The translations under genes were made by a program, and so were the position numbers. 64,000 nt of DNA from Macrostomum lignano (Eukaryota), in the NCBI GenBank assembly GCA_002269645.1, contig NIVC01002647.1:89147-153146 (forward strand), in the 5' to 3' direction. Numbering within the stretch: the first letter of the stretch is position 1; every line of letters starts with the position of its first letter. Under the pieces are notes generated by a model. The model was not told the DNA's origin and did no database searches. It saw only the letters and a list, made by a program, of their open reading frames with translations. Shown piece after piece: positions 11,701 through 24,630 of this stretch.

Positions 11701-13290
11701 TATGAGTCTCTGTGATGATTGCTGATGAGTCTGTGATAATTGCTGATGAGTCTGCGGAATCACTGTGGGATGATTGCTGATGAGTCTGTGATGATTGCTG
11801 ATGAGTCTGTGATGATTGCTGATGAGTCTGTGATGATTGCTGATGAGTCTGTGTGATGATTGCCGATGATGAGTCTGTGATGATTGCTGATGAGTCTGTG
11901 ATGATTGCTGATGAGTCTGTGTGATGATTGCTGATGAGTCTGTAATGATTGCTGATGAGTCTGTGTGAAGATGACTGATGAGTCTGTGATGATTGCTGAT
12001 GATGAGTCTGTGTGATGATTGCTGATGATGAGTCTGTGTGATTATTGCTGATGAGTCTGTGTGATGATTGCTGATGAGTCTGTGTGATGATTGCTGATGA
12101 GTCTGTGTGATGATTGCTGATGAGTCTGTGGAATCACTGTGGGATGATTGCTGATGAGTCTGTGATGATTGCTGATGAGTCTGTGATGATTGCTGATGAT
12201 GAGTCTGTGTGATGATTGCTGATGATGAGTCTGTGTGATTATTGCTGATGAGTCTGTGTGATGATTGCTGATGAGTCTGTGGAATCACTGTGGGATGATT
12301 GCTGATGAGTCTGTGATGGTTGCTGATGAGTCTGTGATGATTGCTGATGAGTCTGTGATGATTGCTGATGAGTCTGTGATGATTGCTGATGAGTCTGTGA
12401 TGATTGCTGATGAGTCTGTGATGATTGCTGATGAGTCTGTGTGATGATTGCTGATGAGTCTGTGATGATTGCTGATGAGTCTGTGTGATGATTGCTGATG
12501 AGTCTGTGATGATTGCTGATGATGAGTCTGTGTGATGATTGCTGATGATGAGTCTGTGTGATTATTGCTGATGAGTCTGTGTGATGATTGCTGATGAGTC
12601 TGTGTGATGATTGCTGATGAGTCTGTGTAATGATTGCTGATGAGTCTGTGTGATGATTGCTGATGAGTCTGTGATGATTGCTGATGAGTCTGTGATGATT
12701 GCTGATGAGTCTGTGTGATGATTGCTGATGAGTCTGTGATGATTGCTGATGAGTCTGTGTGATGATTGCTGATGATGAGTCTGTGATGATTGCTGATGAT
12801 GAGTCTGTGTGATGATTGCTGATGAGTCTGTGTGATGATTGCTGATGAGTCTGGGTGATGATTGCTGATGAGTCTGTGTAATGATTGCTGATGAGTCTGT
12901 GTAATGATTGCTGATGAGTCTGTGTGATGATTGCTGATGAGTCTGTGTAATGATTGCTGATGAGTCTGTGTGATGATTGCTGATGAGTCTGCGTGATGAT
13001 TGCTGATGAGTCTGTGATGATTGCTGATGAGTCTGTGATGATTGCTTATGAGTCTGTGGAATCACTGTGGGATGATTCCTGATGAGTCTGTGAGTCTGTG
13101 TGATGATTGCTGATGAGTCTGTGTAATGATTGCTGATGAGTCTGTGATGATTGCTGATGAGTCTGTGATGATTGCTGATGAGTCTGTGTGATGATTGCTG
13201 ATGATGAGTCTGTGATGATTGCTGATGAGTCTGTCTGATGATTGCTGATGATGAGTCTGGCTGATGATTCCTGATGATGAGTATGTATGA
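8745..13290. repeat. 4.5-kb minisatellite, 21/23-bp unit TGATGATTGCTGATGAGTCTG(TG)
   Basis: Direct reading. Variant blocks recur at ~1.4-1.5-kb spacing (e.g. GTGAAGATGACTG at ~10559 and ~11965). Confidence 0.97.
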
Positions 13291-13779
13291 TGATTCCTAA
13301 TATACTAGTACTATTGAAATAAAAGTACAAAGGCTGCCAAAGTACAATCCAAAAACTGGTATGTACTTCCAAAAGCAACACACGGTAAACGCTTATTAAA
13401 GAAAAACAAAGAATATAAATTTTTACAAATTTGCGTGTAGTAATTAGTTGGAAACTGTATGTTACAAATTGGAGAACTGGCTGAGAAAATATCTTACAAC
13501 AGATGTCAATCGTAGAGATGCCAACAAAGCTTTATGGGCTGCAAATACAAGTAAGATCATTAACTAGCGCTGAAGCTCAATCAAGGTCATAGAATCATGC
13601 CAGACAATCACACTGTAACACACACATGTAAAATGAATTCACTGGGAACATACTACTTACAATAGTGGAAAAGCGCGTTTTATACAAATTAATTTTTTGT
13701 TCCAAGCAGTACCACAGAAGGTAATGGAGTTGGAGAGCGATGCTTAATGGTAAATGGTAATGGGGAATTTGAAATAGAA

Positions 13780-14395
13780 ATTGGGGAATCCCAAATTATA
13801 ACTGGGAAATCTCAAATGGTAATAGGGAAATCCCAAATGACAATTAGGGAATCCCAAATCCAATGATAAATGGTGAAATGGTGAATGGTGAAATGGTAAC
13901 AGTAGAATCCCAAATGGTAATAGTGAAATCCCAAATGGTAACAGTAGAATCCCAAATGGTAATACTGGAATCCCAAATGGTAATAGTGAAATCCCAAATG
14001 GTAATAGTGGAATCCCAAATGGTAATAGTGAGATCCCAAATGGTAATAGTGAGATCCCAAATGGTAATACTGGAATCCCAAATGGTAATAGTGAAATCCC
14101 AAATGGTAATAGTGGAATCCCAAATGGTAACAGTAGAATCCCAAATGGTAATAGTGAAATCCCAAATGGTAACAGTAGAATCCCAAATGGTAATACTGGA
14201 ATCCCAAATGGTAATAGTGAAATCCCAAATGGTAATAGTGGAATCCCAAATGGTAATAGTGGAATCCCAAATGGTAATAGTGAGATCCCAAATGGTAATA
14301 GGGGAATCCCAAATAGTAATAGGGGAATCCCAAATGATAACTGGGGAATCGAAAACGGTAATTGGGGAATACTAAATGGTGAATGAGGAATTCTA
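13780..14395. repeat. 21-bp minisatellite AATCCCAAATGGTAATAGTG(G/A)
   Basis: Direct reading; degenerate at both edges. Confidence 0.95.
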
Positions 14396-14399
14396 AATT

Positions 14400-14405
14400 T
14401 TTATT
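14400..14405 (-). terminator. Candidate polyadenylation signal of RNF145-like gene
   Basis: AATAAA on the minus strand ~170 nt after the stop at 14577. Confidence 0.45.
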
Positions 14406-14576
14406 GGGCATTGTCATTATTATTTAGATCAATTAACTAAATTTTATAACAGAAACTGTCAGCTCTCAAACAATAAACTCTAAAAAGGTCAGCACCTATC
14501 AGGAATGGGAGCCGTATTTGTTCAGACTGTTTGAAAGTTACCTATTTGCCTAGACGGGATCCCTATATGCAACCAG

Positions 14577-15027
14577 TCACTTGAGCTCCGCAGCCTCATC
14601 ATCATCATCATCGTCTCGAAGAATTTCGCTCAGCTCCTCGGACGATTCAGACTTGGCCGCCTGAGCTGCGACCTCGTGGGTGTACAGCGGCCGGTACACG
14701 GCTAAGTCAACGCCATCGTCCTGGCGGTACACCTCGCTGTCCGTGCTGTTGCTCACTTCAACGGCAGCTTCATCTTCAAAGTCCTCCAAGTCGACGCCGC
14801 TGGCGCTGCTGTTGCTTCGGCGAGGGCGATGCTGCTGCTGATGGAGAGTTGCTGCCTCAGACGATGGAGGCACCGGCTGCTGCTGCTGAGGCCGCTGCAC
14901 GGTCGCCGCTGCGGCCTGGGTTGCCTCATCAGGGTCGAACTGGTCAGAGTTATTCTGCTGCTGGTCCTCGTTGGGTATACTGATGGCCTGCTGGCACATG
15001 GGGCAGGTTTCGCGCACGTGCAGCCAC
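14577..15027 (-). CDS. RNF145: RNF145-like E3 ligase, terminal exon (end of RING-H2 plus acidic tail)
   Basis: Acceptor CTCAG at 15028; the phase-2 join restores CLR-R-WLHVRETCPMC; stop at 14577. Confidence 0.88.
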
Positions 15028-15079
15028 CTGAGCGAAGGTGGAGGTTGGGTGAGGAAGGCCAAGAGATGAAACATTATCC

Positions 15080-18000
15080 TCTCAATTTGAGGATCTTTGA
15101 ATTTCTCATCCCGATTTGAAAATCTATAGAGTTTTTCATCCAAATTTGAGGATCTGTGTGTTTCTCATCCCAATTTGAGGATTTGTGTAGTTTCTCATCC
15201 CAATTTGAGGATCTGTGTGTTTCTCATCCCAATTTGAGGATCTGTGTGTTTCTCATCCCAATTTGAGGATCTGTGTGTTTCTCATCCCAATTTGAGGATC
15301 TGTGTGTTTCTCATTCCGATTTGAGGATCTGTGTACTTTCTCATCCCAATTTGAGGATCTGTGTAGTTTCTCATCCCAATTTGCGGATTTGTGTAGTTTC
15401 TCATCCCAATTTGAGGATTTGTGTAGTTTCTCATCCCAATTTGAGGATATGTGATTTTCTCATCCCAATTGAAGGATCTGTGATTTTCTCATCCCAATTT
15501 GAGGGTCTGTGTGTTTCTCATCCCAATTTGAGGATATGTGTGTTTTTCATCCAAATTTGAGGATCTGTGTGTTTCTCATCCCAATTTGAGGATTTGTGTA
15601 GTTTCTCATCCCAATTTGAGGATCTGTGTGTTTCTCATCCCAATTTGAGGATCTGTGTGTTTCTCATCCCAATTTGAGGATCTGTGTGTTTCTCATCCCA
15701 ATTTGAGGATCTGTGTGTTTCTCATTCCGATTTGAGGATCTGTGTACTTTCTCATCCCAATTTGAGGATCTGTGTAGTTTCTCATCCCAATTTGAGGATT
15801 TGTGTAGTTTCTCATCCCAATTTGAGGATTTGTGTAGTTTCTCATCCCAATTTGAGGATATGTGATTTTCTCATCCCAATTGAAGGATCTGTGATTTTCT
15901 CATCCCAATTTGAGGGTCTGTGTGTTTCTCATCCCAATTTGAGGATCTGTGTGTTTCTCATCCCAATTTGAGGATCTGTGTGTTTCTCATCCCAATTTGA
16001 GGATCAGTGTGTTTCTCATCCCAATTTGAGAATCTGTGTAGTTTCTCATCCCAATTTGAGAATCTGTATAGTTTCTCATCCCAATTTGAGGATTTGTGTA
16101 GTTTCTCATCCCAATTGGAGGATTTGTGTGTTTCTCATCTCAATTTGAGGATCTGTGTGTTTCTCATCCCAATTTGAGGATCTGTGTGTTTCTCATCCCA
16201 ATTTGAGGATTTGTGTAGTTTCTCATCCCAATTTGAGGATATGTGAGATTCTCATCCCAATTAAAGGATCTGTGATTTTCTCATCCCAATTTGAGGGTCT
16301 CTGTGTTTCTCATCCCAATTTGAGGATCTGTGTGTTTCTCATCCCAATTTGAGGATCTGTGAATTTCTCATCCCGTTTTGAGGAGCATCTTGAACTTCTG
16401 AACCCCATTTGAGGATCTGTAAACTTCTGATCTCAATTTGAGGATCTGTAAACTTCTGATCCCAATTTGAGAATCTGTAAACTTCTGATCCCAATTTGGG
16501 GATCTATAAACTTCTGATCCCAATTTGAGAATCTGTAAACTTCTGATCCCAATTTGAGGATCCGTGAACTTCTGATCCCAATTTGAGGATCCGTAAACTT
16601 CTGATCTCAATTTGAGGATCCGTGAACTTCTGAACCCAATTGGAGGATCCGTAAACTTCTGATCTCAATTTGAGGATCCGTGAACTTCTGATCTCAATTT
16701 GAGGATTCGTAAACTTCTGATCCCAATTTGAGGATCCGTAAACTTCTGATCTCAATTTGAGGATCCGTGAACTTCTGAACCCAATTTGAGGATCCGTAAA
16801 CTTCTGAACCCAATTGGAGGATCCGTAAACTTCTGATCTCAATTTGAGGATCCGTGAACTTCTGAACCCAATTGGAGGATCCGTAAACTTCTGATCTCAA
16901 TTTGAGGATCCGTAAACTTCTGATCCCAATTTGAGGATCCGTGAACTTCTGAACCCAATTGGAGGATCCGTAAACTTCTGATCCCAATTTGAGGATCCGT
17001 GAACTTCTGATCTCAATTTGAGGATCCGTAAACTTCTGATCTCAATTTGAGGATCCGTAAACTTCTGATCTCAATTTGAGGATCCGTGAACTTCTGAACC
17101 CAATTGGAGGATCCGTAAACTTCTGATCCCAATTGGAGGATCCGTAAACTTCTGATCTCAATTTGAGGATCCGTAAACTTCTGATCTCAATTTGAGGATC
17201 CGTGAACTTCTTAACCCAATTGGAGGATCCGTGAACTTCTGATCTCAATTTGAGGATCCGTAAACTTCTGATCCCAATTTGAGGATCCGTGAACTTCTGA
17301 TCCCAATTGGAGGATCCGTGAACTTCTGATCTCAATTTGAGGATCCGTAAACTTCTGATCCCAATTTGAGGATCCGTAAACTTCTGAACCCAATTGGAGG
17401 ATCCGTAAACTTCTGAACCCAATTGGAGGATCCGTGAACTTCTGATCTCAATTGGAGGATCCGTAAACTTCTGAACCCAATTGGAGGATCCGTGAACTTC
17501 TGATCCCAATTGGAGGATCCGTGAACTTCTGATCCCAATTGGAGGATCCGTGAACTTCTGATCCCAATTGGAGGATCCGTAAACTTCTGAACCCAATTGG
17601 AGGATCCGTGAACTTCTGATCCCAATTGGAGGATCCGTAAACTTCTGAACCCAATTGGAGGATCCGTGAACTTCTGATCCCAATTTGAGGATCCGTAAAC
17701 TTCTGATCCCAATTTGAGGATCCGTAAACTTCTGATCTCAATTTGAGGATCCGTAAACTTCTGATCTCAATTTGAGGATCCGTAAACTTCTGAACCCAAT
17801 TGGAGGATCCGTGAACTTCTGATCCCAATTGGAGGATCCGTAAACTTCTGAACCCAATTGGAGGATCCGTGAACTTCTGATCCCAATTTGAGGATCCGTA
17901 AACTTCTGATCCCAATTTGAGGATCCGTAAACTTCTGATCTCAATTTGAGGATCCGTAAACTTCTGATCTCAATTTGAGGATCCGTAAACTTCTGAACCC

Positions 18001-19578
18001 AATTGGAGGATCCGTAAACTTCTGAACCCAATTGGAGGATCCGTGAACTTCTGAACCCAATTGGAGGATCCGTGAACTTCTGATCTCAATTTGAGGATCC
18101 GTAAACTTCTGAACCCAATTGGAGGATCCGTGAACTTCTGAACCCAATTGGAGGATCCGTGAACTTCTGATCCCAATTGGAGGATCCGTAAACTTCTGAA
18201 CCCAATTGGAGGATCCGTGAACTTCTGAACCCAATTGGAGGATCCGTGAACTTCTGATCCCAATTGGAGGATCCGTGAACTTCTGATCCCAATTGGAGGA
18301 TCCGTGAACTTCTGATCCCAATTGGAGGATCCGTAAACTTCTGAACCCAATTGGAGGATCCGTGAACTTCTGATCCCAATTGGAGGATCCGTAAACTTCT
18401 GAACCCAATTGGAGGATCCGTGAACTTCTGATCCCAATTTGAGGATCCGTAAACTTCTGATCCCAATTTGAGGATCCGTAAACTTCTGATCTCAATTTGA
18501 GGATCCGTAAACTTCTGATCTCAATTTGAGGATCCGTAAACTTCTGAACCCAATTGGAGGATCCGTGAACTTCTGATCCCAATTGGAGGATCCGTGAACT
18601 TCTGAACCCAATTGGAGGATCCGTAAACTTCTGATCCCAATTTGAGGATCCGTGAACTTCTGATCTCAATTTGAGAATCCGTGAACTTCTGATCTCAATT
18701 TGAGGATCCGTGAACTTCTGATCTCAATTTGAGGATCCGTGAACTTCTGATCTCAATTTGAGGATCCGTGAACTTCTGAACCCAATTGGAGGATCCGTGA
18801 ACTTCTGATCTCAATTTGAGGATCCGTAAACTTCTGAACCCAATTGGAGGATCCGTGAACTTCTGATCTCAATTTGAGGATCCGTGAACTTCTGATCTCA
18901 ATTTGAGGATCCGTGAACTTCTGATCTCAATTTGAGGATCCGTGAACTTCTGAACCCAATTTGAGGATCCGTGAACTTCTGAACCCAATTGGAGGATCCG
19001 TGAACTTCTGATCTCAATTTGAGGATCCGTAAACTTCTGATCTCAATTTGAGGATCCGTAAACTTCTGATCTCAATTTGAGGATCCGTGAACTTCTGAAC
19101 CCAATTGGAGGATCCGTGAACTTCTGATCTCAATTTGAGGATCCGTAAACTTCTGATCCCAATTTGAGGATCCGTGAACTTCTGATCTCAATTTGAGGAT
19201 CCGTGAACTTCTGATCTCAATTTGAGGATCCGTGAACTTCTGATCTCAATTTGAGGATCCGTGAACTTCTGATCTCAATTTGAGGATCCGTGAACTTCTG
19301 AACCCAATTGGAGGATCCGTGAACTTCTGATCTCAATTTGAGGATCCGTAAACTTCTGATCTCAATTTGAGGATCCGTAAACTTCTGATCTCAATTTGAG
19401 GATCCGTGAACTTCTGATCTCAATTTGAGGATCCGTAAACTTCTGAACCCAATTTGAGGATCCGTGAACTTCTGATCTCAATTTGAGGATCCGTAAACTT
19501 CTGATCTCAATTTGAGGATCCGTGAACTTCTGATCTCAATTTGAGGATCCGTGAACTTCTGATCCCAATTTGAGGATC
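15080..19578. repeat. 4.5-kb 29-bp minisatellite in the RNF145-like intron, two sub-arrays
   Basis: Type A (GAGGATCTGTGTGTTTCTCATCCCAATTT, to ~16365, with a 411-bp block duplicated) and type B (GAGGATCCGTGAACTTCTGATCTCAATTT, ~16400-19578). Confidence 0.97.
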
Positions 19579-19609
19579 ATTGTTGTTCATGCAAACAAAT
19601 TCCGCACAC

Positions 19610-20034
19610 CTTCGCAAGCACAGCGGATGAAAATAATGCTGGCAGACAGTCCGCTTAGCCCCGCTGAGCATGTCGCCGAAGCAGATGGCGCAGACATCGT
19701 TATGTTGACGCAGCTCCTCAGGTGTAGCATTGGGCAGCGAGCTCAGCCGCTTGGCCGCCAGGCGTCTCAGCAGGAACTTCCGCCAGCCGCTCTGCACTCG
19801 CTGCACAACGTTGAACCAGAAGTGCACAAGCAGGATGGCCAGGCTCAGGAAGCTCCAGTCGCGAGTGAAGAATTCCCTGACACCGAAGCAGACAATGACC
19901 AGGGCCACTAGCAGCTCCACTAGGCGAACGCTCGACTTCACGTAGAACACCAAGTCTTCGAAGCTCTCCTCGGTGGGACCGGACCGGAAGTGGTCGTACA
20001 GGAAGAGGCAGTACAGCACCAGACTGCCTGCCGC
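19610..20034 (-). CDS. RNF145: RNF145-like exon (last TM helices plus RING-H2 start)
   Basis: CAG acceptor at 20035, AG|GTGTG donor at 19609. [43 protein letters not shown] matches the recalled RNF145 sequence (GWKSFLLRRDAV..HNDICAICYQDM). Confidence 0.92.
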
Positions 20035-20242
20035 CTGAGGAGGACGGGATTGCAACTGTAGAATTGGGGATTTTCTGTTGGGAGTTGGGAGTTAAGCTTG
20101 ACACTTTAGAGATTCTTGTCACGGTAACGTTTTCAACGGGGAATCGACAGAGTCCTATGCAGGTCAGCAAAAAGGAAGGAAGAGAATCATCTCTACATGA
20201 GGTGGGAGACGTGTTAATGAGGCAAAAGTAATTGAGCTTCAC

Positions 20243-20917
20243 CTGCAGAGCGGTCAGCAGGCAGCTAAGCGCAATTATCAGCAGCCAGAAGTCCGGCCTG
20301 AACAGGCGCAGCAGCCAGACGGTGAGGTAGACAGGCGCGCACAGCAGCACTGCGATGACAGCCAGGGCCCGTGCGTGGCCACCATACGGCGCCGACTGTA
20401 CAGCGGCGCCGAGGTGCAGCAGCCTCGGGCCGGCGATCTCGTGCACCGAGTCCAGCAGCGAGGACACCAGAATGAAGGCTACAACGGTGACTAGGCTGGC
20501 CCATTGCGGAGTTCGCATTGTGTGCGGCAGGTTGGTTTGCACCGCCACCAACAGGAAGGTGAAGCCCTCCGCCCAGCCGCGCTGAAGGCCTCCGGCAGCG
20601 TCGCCAGCGGCAGCCGCTGCCGCTTGATTGGCGAAGCCTCCGCCGCCACCGCCGCCGCCGCCATTGAGGAAAAGTTTAGTGCATAAAAGTACAAACCATG
20701 AGGCGTGAGACACGGTCACGCACAGGCCGAGTATGCACAGCGGGCTGGAGCAGCTGTCGGACAGGGCGCCCAGCAGTACGATGTCCAAGCCTGTCGCGGA
20801 CGAAGATGCCGCCATCCAGTGCTGAATGAGGCGAAGACTGAAGTTGGATAGCCAGAAGAGTAGCAGCTGTCGGGTCATGTTGTAGTCCTGGAGTGGCATA
20901 AGGCTGCGGTTCAATGC
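20243..20917 (-). CDS. RNF145: RNF145-like exon (TRC8_N membrane region)
   Basis: CAG acceptor at 20918, CAG|GTGAAG donor at 20242, 225 codons. [44 protein letters not shown] matches RNF145 motifs. Confidence 0.9.
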
Positions 20918-20923
20918 CTGCGA

Positions 20924-22135
20924 TGGGGTCTGGGATTCTTCAGTGTTGGGATCTGGGATTCTTAGTGATGGGATCTGGGGATTCTTCAGTGTTGGGATCT
21001 GGGATTCTTAGTGATGGGATCTGGGGATTCTTCAGTGTTGGGATCTGGGATTCTTAGTGATGGGATCTGGGGATTCTTCAATGTTGGGATCTGGGATTCT
21101 TCAGTGTTGGGATCTGGGATTCTTAGTGATGGGATCTGCGGATTCTTCAGTGTTGGGATCTGCGGATTCTTCAGTGTTGGGATCTGGGATTCTTAGTGAT
21201 GGGATCTGGGGATTCTTCAATGTTGGGATCTGGGATTCTTCAGTGTTGGGATCTGCGGATTCTTCAGTGTTGGGATTTGGGATTCTTAGTGATGGGATCT
21301 GGGGATTCTTCAATGTTGGGATCTGGGATTCTTCAGTGTTGGGATCTGGGATTCTTCAGTGTTGGGATCTGGGATTCTTCAGTGTTGGGATCTGGGATTC
21401 TTCAGTGTTGGGATCTGGGATTCTTCAGTGTTGGGATCTGGGGATTCTTAGTGATGGGATCTGGGGATTCTTCAATGTTGGGATCTGGGATTCTTCAGTG
21501 TTGGGATCTGGGGATTCTTCAGTGTTGGGATCTGGGATTCTTAGTGATGGGATCTGGGGATTCTTCAGTGTTGGGATCTGGGATTCTTAGTGATGGGATC
21601 TGCGGATTCTTCAGTGTTGGGATCTGGGGATTCTTCAGTGTTGGGATCTGGGATTCTTAGTGATGGGATCTGCGGATTCTTCAGTGTTGGGATCTGGGAT
21701 TCTTAGTGATGGGATCTGCGGATTCTTCAGTGATGGGATCTGGGGATTCTTCAGTGTTGGGATCTGGGGATTCTTCAGTGTTGGGATCTGCGGATTCTTC
21801 AGTGTTGGGATCTGGGATTCTTCAGTGTTGGGATCTGGGATTCTTCAGTGTTGGGATCTGGAATTCTTAGTGATGGGATCTGGGGATTCTTCAGTGTTTG
21901 GATCTGGGGATTCTTCAGTGTTGGGATCTGGGGATTCTTCAGTGTTGGGATCTGGGATTCTTAGTGATGGGATCTGAGATTTTTAGTGTTGGGATTTGGG
22001 ATTTTTAATGTTGGGATTTGGGATTTTCGTGTTGGGATCTGGTATTCTTTAGTGTTAATATCTGGGATTCTGAGTGTTGGGATCTGGGACTCTTATTGGT
22101 GGGATCTGGGATTTTTGATACTTAGTGTTGGGAGC
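20924..22135. repeat. 22-24-bp minisatellite GGGATCTGG(G)GATTCTT(C)AGTG[T/A]T in the RNF145-like intron
   Basis: Direct reading; begins 7 bp from the splice acceptor and decays toward the donor side. Confidence 0.95.
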
Positions 22136-22188
22136 TTTGGGAATGGGATTAAATTGCACCTTATAATAAGTCTCTAAGAAGCCCTCAC

Positions 22189-22533
22189 CTGCCACAAATG
22201 CAGCGGCACAGCCACCCAGCCGTCAGCCCAGATCATGCGGCCCAGTCTGTCAAACAGAACGCGAAGATCGGCCACAGCGCCAGGCAGCAGGCGAAGGGCC
22301 AGCATGGCGGCCAGGGCTCGGGTCAGGGCGGCGGCGGCGTTGTGCCACTGCCATGGCTCGCCGACAGCGGCGTCATCGGAGCCGAGCAGCCAGAGCTGGC
22401 CGAGTTGGCCGAGTGCCGGCAGGCAGAAGGCTGCCAAACCCAGGCGGCCGAGGCCGCTCAGGCCCAGCAGGCGGCCAGCCAGAGCCGCCAGGGACAGCTG
22501 GCAGGTCACGTGACCGGCTGCGCCAGTAACCAC
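22189..22533 (-). CDS. RNF145: RNF145-like exon
   Basis: AAATCAG acceptor at 22534, CAG|GTGAGG donor at 22188, 115 codons, hydrophobic. Ends GWVAVPLHLWQ (cf. GLLALGMSLWNQ). Confidence 0.78.
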
Positions 22534-22644
22534 CTGATTTGCGAAGTGATGCGATTATGAGAAATAGGATGAGAAAAGAGATGAAAACAGATGAGAGGGG
22601 TGAGAAGAGAGGGAGAGAAGATAAGAGAAAAGAGAAAAATCATT

Positions 22645-22960
22645 TTTAACTCATTTGAAATTCATTTGAAATGAAGCACATTCGAAACTCATTTGAAACT
22701 CATTTGAAACTCTTTCGAAACTCATTTGAACTTCATTTGAAACTCGTTTGGAACTCATTTGAAACTCATTTGAAACTAATTCGAAACTCATTTGAAACTC
22801 TTTTAAAACTCATTTGAAACCCATTTAAAACTCATTTGAAACTCATTTGAAACCCATTTAAAACTCATTTGAAACTCATTTGAAACTCATTTGAAACCCA
22901 TTTAAAACTCAATTGAAACTCATTCGAAACTCATTTGAAACTCATTTAAAACCCATTTGC
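22645..22960. repeat. 11-bp minisatellite AAACTCATTTG
   Basis: Direct reading. Confidence 0.9.
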
Positions 22961-23143
22961 AATGGTCAGGGCCATTGTACACCCTGTGTGAGCGAGTGTA
23001 TGAGTGCATGCCTGTGTACAGCATGTACTCAGGAGTCAAAGGAATTGATTGACATGATTGGTTACCCCTCCTCTACATCAGGCTGCTCACCTTTATTTCA
23101 GCCATTATTAATGAATTAAGTAGGGAGGAAAAGCATTGCTCAC

Positions 23144-23313
23144 CTGCCAATAGTGATCTGGATCGGCGATGGCCAAACTGGGGCAGCAGTGAATGACATA
23201 AAGCTGCGACAGGCGAGCCTGGGCGCATACAATGGCAGCTGCGGCCATGCAATTGTAAATGGCCAGCAGCTTATCAAATGGCATAAAGGCAATGCCAAAG
23301 AACACAAAGAAGC
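23144..23313 (-). CDS. RNF145: RNF145-like exon (N-terminal membrane region)
   Basis: TACAG acceptor at 23314 (phase 1), CAG|GTGAGC donor at 23143. [30 protein letters not shown] aligns with GYILSVVLLTLPRQHLVQLY..HQISRDYV. Confidence 0.65.
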
Positions 23314-24630
23314 CTGTAGTGTTGGAATAATAAATGAGTACTAATTAGTATTCAAGTATCAAGAAATTGCTTCAATTGGTTTTGAAAACATGTTTGGGTT
23401 AATCAATTAAAGCCTATTAGTTTTATACATAGGCTATATGCACTTATTTGTGTCACTATGACTAATTAAACATTTTTAAACACATAAGCTGTCAAAACTA
23501 TTGGCTTTAATATTTTGATTTAGATGATATCATATAACAAAATGCTAATTAATTATTTATAAGGTATTTTTTCAGTTATTGTGTAAATAACATAGGCAAT
23601 ATCTACATGGTATTGTGCAAATAATGATTGCCAAAAATTATATGCTTTATATACTAAGGACCTTAGGCTTAGTATATGCCATATACATACAATACTAAGT
23701 ATATATATATTAGGAAACCTTTCTATATATTGCCAAGAAAAACTTCTATGGCAAAGGCCATCTTCCTGACTATAGATTCTATTAGTCTCTTACAATTGGT
23801 CTATATCATAATTACAGAATTTGAGAGAGGGATATTTTAAACTATTAGAAAGGTTTATTTCAAATTTCTACCATTATTATAGCAATCAGATTTTATTCCA
23901 CAAATTTGTTTAAACATGCCTTTGCCATTGGTTTTTATATAAATAAAAGTGATTTCCATGCCCAGAGAAGCAACCAATCTTTTGGTTCTGAGGCAATTTG
24001 CCTGACAAAACTGAATAAGCTAAGTTGCTAAAGCCTTTCTCATTTGTTAAAATTAAGAGCAAATGCTCATTAGCCAGGTGGAAATTACCAAGAGCACAAG
24101 ATGAATAGTCTAAGAGCCAATAGCATAATAGCAAAGAGACTAGGCATAAATTAGCCAACTGACAAAGGGAGAAATATCCCAATAGGATTGTTTGAATTGA
24201 ACAGCCAATAGGAAGTCATATATGACAAGAGCAAATCCATAATAAATAAGAAACTGAAATTCACCAAGCAACCTTGATCCATTAGAGAGTGCTACTTTAG
24301 GACTCAGTCATCCCCCTTCTAGCTAAACAGTGACTTGCCACTTGGGCACTGCGTGCTACCAGGGCAATCCATATTCATGTGAGAGCCCATAACCCCAACT
24401 GCACAACATCATAATTTTAGTAGGCTATAGTGAAGTGACCCTAACGGCCTAATCATTAATTTCACAAAATTCTAAATTAGGCCTACAGCTAGTTTACCCT
24501 GTGGTGTCAGCATTAAAATAAAAGTCCCCTACAACAACTTGATAACAGCAGTTGAATTTCACAGAATAAATTTCATAAATAACCCTACAATAAAGTATTA
24601 TATTGTGTTAATCCTTTTAAATATTATTAT

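Noticed and set aside
9029-13381. Long Q/H/S-rich ORFs up to 363 aa
   Set aside because: Stop-free frames of the 21/23-bp array; the frames shift with unit length.
13812-14417. 201-aa YYHLGF-repeat protein (and VIVESQM on the other strand)
   Set aside because: The 21-bp unit is a multiple of 3, so open frames are expected on both strands. It lies past the RNF145 polyA signal and has no support as a gene.
15273-18669. Numerous GSEVYGSSN.. ORFs
   Set aside because: They fall inside the RNF145-like intron and are translations of the 29-bp array.
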